From Selaginella moellendorffii (lineage: Eukaryota > Plantae > Lycopodiophyta), in contig NW_003314317.1 of the NCBI RefSeq assembly GCF_000143415.4, positions 536,138-600,137 of the forward strand: a DNA stretch of 64,000 nucleotides, in the 5' to 3' direction. Of this stretch, positions 51,273-64,000 are shown piece by piece. The notes under the pieces are model-generated. The model was given only the letters and a program-made list of their open reading frames with translations, did no database searches and was not told the origin of the DNA. The position numbers and the translations under genes were made by a program. Numbering within the stretch: position 1 is the first letter of the stretch; each line of letters opens with the position of its first letter.

Positions 51273-54200
51273 TTAATTGAACTTTGCATAAGTACATAGA
51301 GTTCTGCCATGCAAAAATTCCTCCACTAGATCTCGCGCGTTCGCTAGGTTCTCCTCCGGTTCCCATGTTGCTTCGCAGTGTGGAAATCCTTTCCACTTCA
51401 CATGGAACTCTCTCACCTCGCGTCCTTGTCGCTTGCTCTTGCGCGCATTGAGGATGGCCTCGACTTCGTATTCCTCCTCCCCTTGGATAATCTCAGGTAA
51501 AGGTCTTACTTGGTCCTTGTGAAGCGGATCCTCAAAATACGGCTTGAGTAAGTTCACGTGGAACACGGGATGCATCTTCCCCATCTCTCGAGGAAGTCGG
51601 AGATGGTAAGCCACTTTACCGATTCGAGCCTCAATCTCGTAAGGCCCCGCGAACCTGCTTAAGGAACTCAAGATCAATTCATTTATAGGAATACATGCAT
51701 TTTTACCTTTGGGTCAACTTCCGGCTGATCCCGCTTGGTAGCCTGAGGTTCTTGGTGTTCAGCCACACCTTCTCCCTAGCTTGGAACTCCACATCCCGAC
51801 GCTTTTGGTTCGCGTATTTAGTTTGCCTTTGTTGAGCCCGTTCCAAGGAATCCCTCACTAGATTCCAAATGTTGAGTCTTTCTGCCGTGAATGCCTCCAC
51901 TGCGGGTAACTCTTCATGATACTCGGCCACGCCGAGTTCCACAGGACCTTCAATAGCTCGCCCATTGATGACTTCCCATGGACTCACCCCGATGCTCGAA
52001 TGTGGTGAGTTGTTATAACACATTTCCGCAAGTCCCAAATGACTTACCCAGTCGGTCTGGTCTCCCGAGACATAGCATCGCAAATAATCCTCCAGCTGCC
52101 TATTCACCCTTTCCGTTTGTCCGTCTGTCAAGAAGTGTTAGTGCCATCAATCTTGACTTAATACCCATTACCTGTCTGTGGGTGATAGGCTGTGCTGAAT
52201 TTCAACTTGGTGCGATACTATTCTAGGAGTGTCCTCCAGAACCTGCTGGTGAAGATCTTATCTCGATCTGAGATAATCTCTTCCGGCCTTCCCCGCACTC
52301 GAACCACTTGTTCGAAGAATAGCTTCGCCACACCTTCCGCGTCCACTTCTGTTGTGGTGGGTATGAAATGTGCCATCTTTGAAAATCGGTCCACCACCAC
52401 GAATATCGCATCGAACCCCTCGCTTGGGGGTAGTCCCGTGATGAAGTCTATCGTGAGACATTTCCACGGACGATCTGGAATGGGGATGCTTTGCAACAAG
52501 CCCCCACTAGCCTTTGTCACGGCTTTGACTTCCTGACATATGGGACATGTCTTTACATAGTCTTGGACGTCCTTAGCCATATCTGGCCAGTGATACTTCC
52601 TTTTGAGTAAGCCCATCATCTTGGGCACTCCGCTGTGTCCCGCGAGAGGTCCGTCATGACACTCTTCCAAGGCTACCTTCCTTAGTTCCCCTTCTGGAAC
52701 ATACACCCTCGTTTGCTTGTAATATATGAATCCGTTGCGTTCCGCATAGCCCGTTTTCTCTTCCGTTGGCAGCTCACCTCTCTGGTAAGCTTCCCGCGCC
52801 TTTAGATTCCTCAGCAACACTTCTTGTGCTAGACCATCGTTCTCGTATGCAGTCTGCACATCGTCCCAAAAGGTTGCTGTTGCGCTCGATATCGCCAACT
52901 TCAAGCTCGCTTTTCGACTTAGCGCATTTGCCACGATGTTGCTCTTCCCAGGCTTGTACAGGATCTCGCAATCAAACTCGGCCAAAGCATTGGCCCACCG
53001 ACCTTGTTTTCCCCTTAGGTCGGGCTGTGACAAGAAGTGCTTTGTTGCCACATTGTCCGTGTAAACTTTGAAGTGTCTCCCAAGGTAGTGTCGCCACTCC
53101 TTGAGCGCCTTGACCACCGCAAACAATTCCTTCTCATGGGCAGGCCACTTCCGTTGAGCCTTGTCCAACTTCTTCGAGAAGAATGCTACTGGATGGTTGT
53201 CCTGCTTCAAAACCGCGCCCAACGCAAAGTCCGAAGCATCCGTTTCTACCTCAAAGTCCTTACCGAAGTCCAGTAATGCCAACACGGGAGCCTTCCTCAA
53301 TTTCCCTTTGAGGTGGACGAATGCCGCCTCGCATTCCACTGTCCATACCATCTTCCCTTTTCCTGTTTGGTCCGTTAAGGGCAGGGCTACTCTCGAATAG
53401 TGTCTGATAAACTTTCGATAGTAGTTGCATAGCCCCAAGAATGCCCTCAACTCATGTACATTCGATGGTCGCTCCCATTCCTGGATCGCTTGGACCTTCT
53501 CCGGGTCCACCTTGAGCCCGTCCTGGCCCACCACATGCCCGAGAAACTTTACCTCTTGTTGAGCAAAGTCACATTTGCTCTCTTTAGCATACAGTTTGTG
53601 TTCCCTTAGTTTCTCAAACACCTTCGCCAAGTGTTCGGCATGCTCCTCTAGCGTCTCGCTATAGATCAGGATGTCGTCAATATAGACGACCACGAAGTGA
53701 TCCAGATAGGGTACAAAGATGTGGTTCATCAACGCCGAAAATGTTGCCGGCGCATTGCACAGCCCAAAGGGCATCACCAGAAACTCAAAGCTCCCATACC
53801 TCGTTCGACAGGTTGTTTTCTCGACATCTTCCTCAGCTACCCTGATCTGGTAGTATCCTGACCTTAGGTCAATCCTCGAGAAGTATTTTGCCTTTCCCAA
53901 CCTATCGAACAGGTCCTCAATCCTTGGCAAAGGGTACTTGTTCTTCTTTGTATACTTGTTGAGCAACCGGTAATCGATGCACATGCGTATAGATCCATCT
54001 TTCTTTTTCACAAATAACACCGGCGCCCCATACGGCGACTTTCTCAACCTCACATACCCTTTGTCCACCAACTCCTCTAGTTGGCACTTGAGCTCCTTGA
54101 GTTCTTTCTCGTTCAAACGATAGGGGGGACGAACCACCGCCTCAGCACCCTCGACCAGCTCAATCTTATGTTCTATCGGTCGTGCGGGGGGCAACCCCAC

Positions 54201-55809
54201 CGGTAGCTCCTCCGGCATGGTATCCTGGAATTGGTCCAACACCCGCTGGATCACTAAAGGTACTTCTTTCGTTCCTGTCTTTTTGTCACTCTTCACCGAG
54301 AGTAAGCACAAAAAGGCTGCTTTAGTTCCTTTAGTGAGTTGTCCTCTCGTGGACACCAGGTTTAAGCAGGATTCTTTGGCCTTGCTTTGCCCTACCTTTA
54401 GATCCTGGGCTTCCACCCTAGATCTTCTTCCTTGGGCATTCGCCAGTACCACAAGGTTCCTACCTTGTCCATGTAGGGCTACCACGAACCGATTGAACCA
54501 ATCCATTCCGAAGATCACGTCGAATCCCGCCATGTCCAACACAGTGAAATCCATATCTACTTTCCAAGTCCCTACTTCGACTCTCGCTTGTCGAAGTACC
54601 TCATCGGTGCTTTGGCTACCTTGAACAAACTCTATAGTCCTTGGTTCGCCTAGCCGCTGCACCGTTAGTCCGGCTTGCCGGACTATGTCTGCAGCCACAA
54701 AATTATCCAAAGCACCCGTGTCAATAAGGATCTTAACAAAGCTACCTCCGAGCTTCCCTCGGAGGGCTAGTAGATGTCGCGAACGACTCTCTACCAAAGT
54801 TGCTCGTGTAATGAGTAACTTTGAGTTAGGGACTGGATTACATACCTCAGTTTGGACTTCACTTGACTTGATGGCCATATTGGCTCTGGCCTTCTTCGGG
54901 TAGGGACATTCCCTCGAAAAGTGTCCCGCTTCACCGCAGTTGTAGTATACGTTGTTTCCCACACTGCTATATGACTTGACCTTTTTATCCGTGGGTTTGT
55001 CTCTTTTCGCTTGACTCCCCCACGTACTCGCTCGCTGGCCACCGGATTTGCCTTTCCGAAACCCCGAGGACTCATTTTTAGAGAAACTCTTCTTGAATTT
55101 CCCCCTGCTATACGTTCCTCTTGGTTTGGCCCCTTTGCTAAATGTGGATCCCGACCCCGTCGTGTTCCCCTTTCGCAGGTTATCGTTGAAATGCACCTTG
55201 ATAGCCGCATCCAAAGCTTCCTTGTAATTGGTCGGGTTCCAGCGCATCACCTCACCGCGAGCCCAGGTTTGCAAACCTGATATAAAGGCATGGAACGCAT
55301 CCATATCCCCCATGTCCGTGACAAGTATCCTCTTTGCCATGAACCCATTCACATATTCCTGGATGGTTCCAGTCTGCTTCAGCCTACTCAGCTCATCTCT
55401 CAGATGCAGAGTGGCATTCGGAGGAACGTATGTTGCGCGGATCCTCGCCTTCATCATGTCCCAGGTGGCCACCGGTCCTTCGTTGGCCTCCGTTGTTCTC
55501 CACCAAGACTTGGCATTATCTGCCAAGTATGGTTTTGCACATGGGACCTTCTCCGAGCTCGGTAACCGCAATGCTCGGAAGTAGTCCTCCATATCGTAAA
55601 ACCAATCCTCCACAACCTTATAGTCGTTCACTCCCTTGAACACCGGTGGGGGCTTTGGTTTGTACTTGGGAACTGCCTGAGGGACTGATTCCACTTCGGT
55701 TTGTTCGACCTTGTCTGGTTTTGCCTCAGTCCCTGCCGAAGGGTCCGCACCTTCTGCGCTGCCAGCATCCGCAGTCTTTTGCTTTTTCTTCCGCTTCTCA
55801 TCACGCTTT
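51273..55809 (-). CDS. Gag-Pol polyprotein of C (gag-PR-RT-RH-INT-chromodomain); one stop at 52218-52220 and two intron-like inserts
   Basis: [47 protein letters not shown], chromodomain [33 protein letters not shown]. Confidence 0.92.
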
Positions 55810-58800
55810 TGTAAGTGACTAAATTTTCCATTTTACTTTAGTCACTTAACCACACCTCCGACCACTTGGAGGAGTCTCACTCACAACCTCCGCAAGTCCT
55901 ATTTTGGGCTTGGGCTTACTAGCCCCGAGAATGGCATCCCCGCCACTCAACTTCGTGCACTTGGTCCAAGTGCTCCATGTGTCCGATCCCATGACCGACA
56001 CCCCAAGGCACCACCAACATACCAGCCCGTTAAGCTAGGCCATGCCCAATCACCTTGGTCACCTCGGTGGTCCAACACCACCAACATTGCAATCCCATCT
56101 CTCCAAGACTGGGCCATCCATCCATGAGTGGTCATCCCAGATCCACTCCTTAGCATCCTTAGGATGCCCCCAGACATGGGGAATAGCCTTCCCCAATATC
56201 CCTCTGTCAGTCCCCACTAAGTCCCTTTCTGCCCTTGGCCGTGTTTGCCAACACTGCCACTGGATCGAGGCCCACAGGCCCGACCACTAAGTCCCACGGT
56301 CCTCTAGGACTTCCTCACCACACAACTGTGTCCTTGGTCACTACCTCAGAAGACTGCTCCTCTTCCTTTCCACAGTCTGGGCCTTTGGGACAACATTTCG
56401 GAACACCGTGGCCTTACGCGAGCCACTTGGGTACTCTCCCCGCCTTCCGCCCTTGGGTGCTCTAGCCATGGGCTTAGAGCGAGGTTCCGTTGAGCCACGC
56501 CTGGTATCCAAGTAGGTAGTGCCACCCACATTTGGACTGGGAGCATCGGCCAGTTGATCTCCCGGGGGAACTAGAGCCGGCTCTTGAACACTTCACCAAG
56601 CTACCCCGCTTGTCGGTCCGTGTTCACTCTAGTCTTGGACTTCCCAGTGGTCAGCTCATCACCCAACACTGGGTCTGGCCTTCCTGGGCCAAACTGGCCT
56701 TTCCTGGGCCAAACTGGCCTTTCCTGGCCAAACTGGCTCCACTGGGCTCCAACCCCCACACTCTCCCTACTATACTTTTGGAACCCCCCGCAGCCCCCCC
56801 CCCCCTGGGGGACGATCGCTTTTGGCTTTCACCCAACTGCCTGTATTAGTATTCGGACTCGGACTCGGACTCGGTCTCGGTCCCGGTTTCGGACTCGGAC
56901 TCGATCTCGGTCTCGGCCTCGGCCTCGGTCTCGGTCTCGATCTCAGTTCCATCTCGGACTCCATCTCGGACTCCATCTCGGGTCCATCTCGGACTCCATC
57001 TCGGACTCCATCTCGGGTCCATCTCGGACTCCATCTCGGACTCCATCTCGGACTCCATCTCGGACTCCATCTCGGGTCCATCTCGGACTCTATCTCGGAC
57101 TCCATCTCGGGTCCATCCCGGACACTTCCACGTGTCATGTGTTGGTCCTTTTTGGTCCCTTTTTGGAGCCTCGCTTATTGCTCGCTTCGTGCTCATTCCT
57201 CGAGCACTTCGTTAGGAGTTCCACTCCCGCTCTCGACCTTTCAAGTCGGAGCTTTTGGCCCAAACGTGTTACACTCGTTTGGCTTTCGCTTCGGCCACTA
57301 CCACGTGGCACCCTTCCGGCTCCACTTTGGGGCCTAGGGATTTTGTGTCTCACAACTCCACCACCCATAGACGAAGTTCGATGTCCTCATCGAACGGTAA
57401 ACCATATTGTAAAGTAACACCCACATGTGTTACCATTTCTATCCTTGGCACTCAACCAATATTTGTCTACGGCTTGACATTGAAGGCTCACCATGCCTTC
57501 TTCATATTCGTCAATGGTTTGACATTGAAGGCTCACCATGCCTTTTGCATATTCCTCAATGGTTTGACACCAAGGCTCACCATGCCTTGCCTATCCTCTA
57601 AGGAGGGTAGTCTCTCCAACTTAGAGACTGATCGGACCACATGTAGTGGTTCTCTCCTTTTATTGGTTTAGTTCTTGCTAAACCTTTTAGAGACCCTTCT
57701 CTAAGTCAATCCCACTACTCCTTCTCGAGTAGTCTTAATTTCCATCTATTGAACGTTTGCACCTTGGAACTTTTACTCTTTTGACTTCTGGAAGTCAATT
57801 TCCTAGGTGTCTCCAACACCTTGCATTGCACATATTGTGCAACTTCACTTCCCCATCCTAGGAAGTTCATTACTTGAGGGCACCATCATCCTCTCTTCTA
57901 TTTCGTGCCACCTTGGGCACTAAGTTCCATTTATCATACTTTGTGCTAGGGCTGTCCATGGCCCTATCATTTGGCTACCTTACCGCTCCCTCCCTTGGAG
58001 CTTCCACTTTCGCCAAATTGGAGCAATTCGGAATCCATCCTTGGAAACACACTTCCTTTCTCGCAATTTGTTAGCGTCTAACACATTAGTGTTCCTCGCA
58101 TAACTTTGTCATTTGGATTCCTTCCAAGGGATTCCACGGCCCTATCTTGGCCACTCATCTTTTGCTCCTATCCATTGATTGTTGCATCAAGCAACACAAG
58201 ATCACTACCTCCCTCCTTGAGGTATTCTTTTGGTTCCACGGCAAAGCTCCACTTTGCCAAGTACAAAGGGTGCTCACCCCTAGTAGGTCTCTTTAGCATT
58301 TTTTGCTATGGGCCCCTTCCACGGCCCAACTTTGTGACCTTCCTATGGGTCTCTCCTAGAGACTACTTTCCTTGGACAAACTATGCCATCGCAATGACAT
58401 AGCTCATTCCCCTAAGGTGCTTTTCCCACTTGGTCACCTTGACCAAGCCACACCATCATCAATAGTTCAAATCAACACTTTGAACTAGGAACCTTATTCC
58501 TTAACCCAAACAAGGACCTTGTCCTTATTTAGCCACAAGATCACCTAGTGATCTCACCTCGGCACCTTAACAGGTTTGCCAATAGGTACTAGGTCTTCCA
58601 GACCTTTCACTTGTTAACTACAACCCCGGGGGCATCCCCCACACTTGGCAGTGCGCCCAAGCCAGCCCTTCCGGCCAAGGGTCCATAGCAACTGAGATTA
58701 GGTGTCCCCATCTCACTCACCACGTCCTTGGTGCCACTTNNNNNNNNNNNNNNNNNNNNNNNNNNNNNNNNNNNNNNNNNNNNNNNNNNNNNNNNNNNNN

Positions 58801-61800
58801 NNNNNNNNNNNNNNNNNNNNNNNNNNNNNNNNNNNNNNNNNNNNNNNNNNNNNNNNNNNNNNNNNNNNNNNNNNNNNNNNNNNNNNNNNNNNNNNNNNNN
58901 NNNNNNNNNNNNNNNNNNNNNNNNNNNNNNNNNNNNNNNNNNNNNNNNNNNNNNNNNNNNNNNNNNNNNNNNNNNNNNNNNNNNNNNNNNNNNNNNNNNN
59001 NNNNNNNNNNNNNNNNNNNNNNNNNNNNNNNNNNNNNNNNNNNNNNNNNNNNNNNNNNNNNNNNNNNNNNNNNNNNNNNNNNNNNNNNNNNNNNNNNNNN
59101 NNNNNNNNNNNNNNNNNNNNNNNNNNNNNNNNNNNNNNNNNNNNNNNNNNNNNNNNNNNNNNNNNNNNNNNNNNNNNNNNNNNNNNNNNNNNNNNNNNNN
59201 NNNNNNNNNNNNNNNNNNNNNNAGTCCTCCGACCACTGTAACATGGTTCCTGCATAAGCGTGAAAGTCCTTGACCATCGACTTTCGTTCAAAGCCCTCTC
59301 TTTGAACACTCGGGAACTACTTCCCTAACCTTGATAGCCTTGCCTCATGGTAGCTTCAAGACCACGCTTTTGCTACGCCACTCTGATGTCGCACATTCCA
59401 TGAACCATTTACACTTGGCCTTTCTAGGTACTAAGCTACCTAGAATCATCTTTGGGAACCTTGAAGGAACTCTGTCCCTTAGCTTGCTAAGGCCTCCCTT
59501 TTCGCAAGTTTTATAGTTGCCATATAGTCTAACATGGACAATTCCATATTTTAGACTCTCCATGGCATCATGGTTGCTAGCAACAACATCCTTGAGCACC
59601 CTTTTGATTCTCCACTCCCAGCTGGCATAACCAACCTTGGTTATGCCCTTCGATTCCTATGGTTCGGTTCTATCCCTTTACTTCTTGCTTTTGGCTTCAC
59701 ACCTTTCCTTCGGTCATTCTCCTCCAGACCAGGAGGATAGCTTTGCACTTTCTTAGCAAGTATTCTTAGGGATGAACCTACCCAATAGCCCAAGGAGTGG
59801 TTCCTCAATCCGGGTATACTCACCTTATAATCCCACACACTGGGATTACATTGTTGCTTATGGGCCTTTACATGCCCATCACTAGCCTTGCCAAAATTCC
59901 ATTTTTGGCTTTGTCCAACTCGGGTAGACAGTCCTCTCTTGTCTCCGCAACCTTGGACATTTGGATAGCACCTTCTATCCATCATTCGCTAGGGACTTAG
60001 TCCCTTGGGCTTTATCCATTGCCCTTGCGTCATCAAACACCACCTTCTGGTGTTCTAGAGTGTTCAGGTGTCCCAATGATGGCTTTCTTGACAATGAGTA
60101 TTTCCTTTTATGACATTGACTNNNNNNNNNNNNNNNNNNNNNNNNNNNNNNNNNNNNNNNNNNNNNNNNNNNNNNNNNNNNNNNNNNNNNNNNNNNNNNN
60201 NNNNNNNNNNNNNNNNNNNNNAGTCCTACAACTCATTGCTTGGTGGTTTCACACCTCCATCATTATCTGGGTCACCACACTCCAACTGCATGCTCTGCAA
60301 CTTAGGCTATGCCATTCCCATTTCCATTAGGATTCTTTTGGCAAGGGGTTCTCATGAACCCACAAACATAGCCTCAAGGTATCACACCTTGGCACATTTG
60401 GTGTCTTCCACACCATCGGCTCCACGAGCCTTCCTCTATGACACTTCTTCTTTGTGTCTAAGTCTTTGCCAAGACCAATACCGCTCTTTCTCATGCCAAC
60501 CATTTGTTAGCACTGCACCATAGAGGTCACACACAACTTTGTGTCAAAGTTGTTTTCTTTTTGGGAACACCTTTCCCACAACTTTAGCATGGCACCTTTT
60601 GCCATCGATGAGATACCCTCTGTTCTCATCTTTGGATCCTATGATCCCCCCCCCCCCCCATCCTTTGTGGGGTACAACACACCTCAGTCCAAATGCTTCC
60701 ATCAGTCCTTTTTAGGACCATCCCTTGACTCTACTTGAGTCATCCAGCAGTTTTGGATTTGGTTAATCCACAGACCCGTAAGGTCCTACTTGTGAGGCAC
60801 TAGCTCACTGGAATACACTTCTTGCATTCACGTCCTACTCACAAGGACTATTCGCACAAGTGTTACTCTAACACTTGATTTTGTTTTCTGGGGCCAACCT
60901 TTGCCCCTCAGGACTACTTGTCCATGTGATGAGAATACCAACTCATCTCTAAGTACACCCCCCAACTCCTTGGGTTGTTCCAGCATTTATTAAAGGTAGC
61001 CCCGGCTACCATTTCAAGGACTTGAGTCCTCTTCCGTATTTGACCTCCTACGGTCATTACCTCTGGTCTCACATTCATGAGCACCAACCTCAACTATATG
61101 AGGATAATCTTGTGACTCCTTTATTGTTTTGGAGTCTACATCTTTCCCGTGATCCCAACTATAGTTGTTTATCACAACTATGTTAGCTCGTTTGCTGCGT
61201 CAAACGCTCATTTGGATCGCATCCTCAGCTCTCTAGGGAGACTTTATATTGTTCCCAAGATCCCAAAGTCGTTCCATTATTAGGACTCCTAGGACCTTCC
61301 GATGCCAATATCAATGGTGATATACTTGAGCACCAATACAAGTCGGACTAAGGAACAGCTCCGATACCAAGTTGTAAGCGACTAAATTTTCCATTTTACT
61401 TTAGTCACTTAACCACACCTCTGACCACTTGGAGGAGTCTCACTCACAACCTCCGCAAGTCCTATTTTGGGCTTGGGCTTACTAGCCCCGAGAATGGCAT
61501 CCCCGCCACTCAACTTCGTGCACTTGGTCCAAGTGCTCCACGTGTCCGATCCCATGACCGACACCCCAAGGTACCACCAACATACCAGCCCGTTAAGCTA
61601 GGCTATGCCCAATCACCTTGGTCACCTCAGTGGTCCAACACCACCAACATTGCAATCTCATCTCTCCAAGACTGGGCCATCCGTCCATGAGTGGTCATCC
61701 CAGATCCACTCCTTAGCATCCTTAGGATGCCCCCAGACATGGGGAATAGCCTTCCCCAATATCCCTCTGTCAGTCCCCACTAAGTTTCTTTCTGCCCTTG

Positions 61801-62892
61801 GCCGTGTTTGCCAACACTGCCACTGGATCGAGGCCCACAGGCCCGACCACTAAGTCCCACGGTCCTTTGGGACTTCCTCACCACACAACTGTGTCCTTGG
61901 TCACTACCTCAGAGGACTGCTCCTCTTCCTTTCCACAGTCTGGGCCTTTGGGACAACATTTCGGAACACCGTGGCCTTACGCGAGCCACCTGGGTACTCT
62001 CCCCGCCTTCCGCCCTTGGGTGCTCTAGCCATGGGCTTAGAGCAAGGTTCCGTTGAGCCACGCCTGGTATCCAAGTAGGTAGTGCCACCCACACTTGGAC
62101 TGGGAGCATCGGCCAGTCGATCTCCCGGGGGAACTAGAGCCGGCTCTTGAACACTTCACCANNNNNNNNNNNNNNNNNNNNNNNNNNNNNNNNNNNNNNN
62201 NNNNNNNNNNNNNNNNNNNNNNNNNNNNNNNNNNNNNNNNNNNNNNNNNNNNNNNNNNNNNNNNNNNNNNNNNNNNNNNNNNNNCTGGGCTCCAACCCCC
62301 ACACTCTCCCTACTATACTTTTGGAACCCCCCGCAGCCCCCCCCCCCCCTGGGGGACGATCGCTTTGGTCTTTCACCCAACTGCCTGTATTAGTATTCAG
62401 ACTCGGATTCGGGCTCGAACTCGGACTCGGACTCGGTCTCGGTCCCGGTTTCGGACTCAGACTCGATCTCGGTCTCGGCCTCGGCCTCAGTCTCGGTCTC
62501 GATCTCGGTTCCATCTCGGACTCCATCTCGGACTCCATCTCGGGTCAATCTCGGACTCCATCTCGGACTCCATCTCGGGTCCATCTCGGACTCCATCTCG
62601 GACTCCATCTCGGGTCCATCTCGGACTCTATCTCGGACTCCATCTCGGGTCCATCCCGGACACTTCCACGTGTCATGTGTTGGTCCTTTTGGGTCCCTTT
62701 TTGGAGCCTCGCTTATTGCTCGCTTCGTGCTCATTCCTTGAGCACTTCGCTAGGAGTTCCACTCCCGCTCTCGACCTTTCAAGTCAGAGCTTTTGGGCCA
62801 AATGTGTTACACTCGTTTGGCTTTCGCTTCGGCCACTACCACATGGCACCCTTCCGGCTCCACTTTGGGGCCTAGGGATTTTGTGTCTCACA
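55810..62892 (-). mobile_element. Non-coding (LARD-like) LTR element B, copy 2, full length ~7.1 kb, inserted in the gag of C
   Basis: LTRs 55810-57354 and 61373-62892. PBS TGGTATCGGAGC at ~61358-61369. PPT at 57355-57368. Flanks GCTTT/TCTTT. No long ORF in the sequenced part. Confidence 0.9.
58740..59222. other. Assembly gap (further gaps at 60122-60221 and 62162-62284)
   Basis: Runs of N. Confidence 1.
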
Positions 62893-63133
62893 TCTTTAGC
62901 TTGCGTACAAGAGTCTCCAGCAGGGCATTGGTCTGTGCCAACTGTCCTTCTAGCACGTCCAATCGAGCCTTGGACGACCGAACCTCGCCACCGGACTCCT
63001 GTTTGGAAGTTTCCTCACTGGAGTCCTCCTCATGCAAGGATTCCTCATCCATAGCCTCCTGTTCGACTGGAGGCTCCAGCTCTGGCGGAGGTTCCGTCTC
63101 CGCCTGGGTTCGCTTACGCCCTGCCCTTGCCAT
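62893..63133 (-). CDS. N-terminus of the C gag, separated from the rest by the B insertion
   Basis: Removing B and one TSD joins ..LVRKLK to [17 protein letters not shown] in frame. Confidence 0.85.
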
Positions 63134-64000
63134 CTCCCAGCAATCCGCCTCTATCCTTCGTTAGAACTGAGGAAAAGGCTCCGATACCAAATTGTAAGCC
63201 ACAAATTTTTCCTTTCCAATTTGCCAGCTTACCTCATCTATCCGTCCAACACCGCCTTGGCCTTTGCTAAGTTCCCTTGCCAAGGTTCTCGCCTAGGGTA
63301 CTAGCTCCTACTTGGTCTCAGCTACTCACTGCACGAGCAACGGAGTGTTAGCCATCCATCCACGGATTCCCAAATCACTCCCAATCCCCCTCCCTGGGTT
63401 AGACTGGACTTAAGGTTCGGCTACACTCCCCGCAAGCACAAGCAGCCAAGCACACCAAGCTTCCAGGTTCCTAACATCCCTTGGTACCACAAGACTTGAT
63501 CATGGGACCCTCTAAATCCCAAGTCTTGAGTGCAACACTTGCTTCGGGACGCCGGGGCGAAACACCATGGCCTAGCGGCCCAGTATGGGTACCTCTACCC
63601 CCCCACTTCCATCCCGAAGGAAGGCCCAAGCCCCTAGGAAGGGCGAGGACCAATGAGCCGCATGGTACTCAAGTGGGGCACCACTCCACATGAGCCGGGA
63701 GCACCGCAATCGGTTTCCCTTTCGGGAGTGGGAGCTGCTCTTGAGCACTTCCTTGGATGGCCCCTCCGGCACCAGCCAAGTCCATGCTCACTCCCACCCA
63801 AGGCCCCTCGGCCCCAGTCTCAACCTCAAGTCGGTTTGGAAGCCCAACTGGAGAGTCCCTTCAAAACTGGTTCCTGGACCTCACTATCCCTACTATACTT
63901 TTGGAACCCCCTACAGCCCCCCCCCCCCCCCCCCCCGGGGGAAGCACGCTTTGGGCTTTCCCCCCCTGGCCCGGATTAAGATTTGGATTTAGTCTTTGGC

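Larger units (their letters stand above)
49708..64000 (-). mobile_element. Chromovirus (Ty3/Gypsy with chromodomain) C: 3' LTR 49708-50870; 5' LTR from 63193 to beyond the window end
   Basis: Matching LTRs (plus-strand start tgtaagccacaaa), PBS TGGTATCGGAGC (tRNA-iMet type) at 63178-63189, PPT at 50871-50884, left flank ACATG. Confidence 0.95.

Noticed and set aside
58607-59309. ORFs spanning N runs
   Set aside because: Artefacts of assembly gaps.

Overview
Eukaryotic land-plant DNA with very short introns (about 50-60 nt). The short introns and the 31-aa-repeat PPR gene point to a lycophyte such as Selaginella (inference). Bases 1-14 kb are gene-dense: a group-J bZIP, an AHP phosphotransfer protein, an ISWI remodeller, a class-3 lipase and a PLS-E PPR. 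Bases 14-22 kb hold a Copia remnant, a duplicated orphan gene, and a multi-exon locus joining sirtuin-derived exons to a very divergent proteasome beta5-like domain. Bases 22.4-64 kb are a five-level transposon nest: Gypsy A, non-coding LTR element B, two copies of a Sola-like DNA transposon, chromovirus C, and a second B copy. The main candidate for an undescribed system is the complete 13.4-kb Sola-like element at 29114-42541 (24-bp TIRs, AGTG TSD). Besides its transposase it carries an 11-exon cargo gene (ParB-like, degenerate MTase-like, acidic, FCP1-like phosphatase) and about 25 copies of its own 24-bp palindrome, suggesting a ParB/parS-like self-recognition or anti-silencing module. Also notable are two short GT-AG introns inside the chromovirus integrase and a -1 frameshift site with a pseudoknot in Gypsy A. 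All domain calls are from motif recognition by eye; no searches were run.
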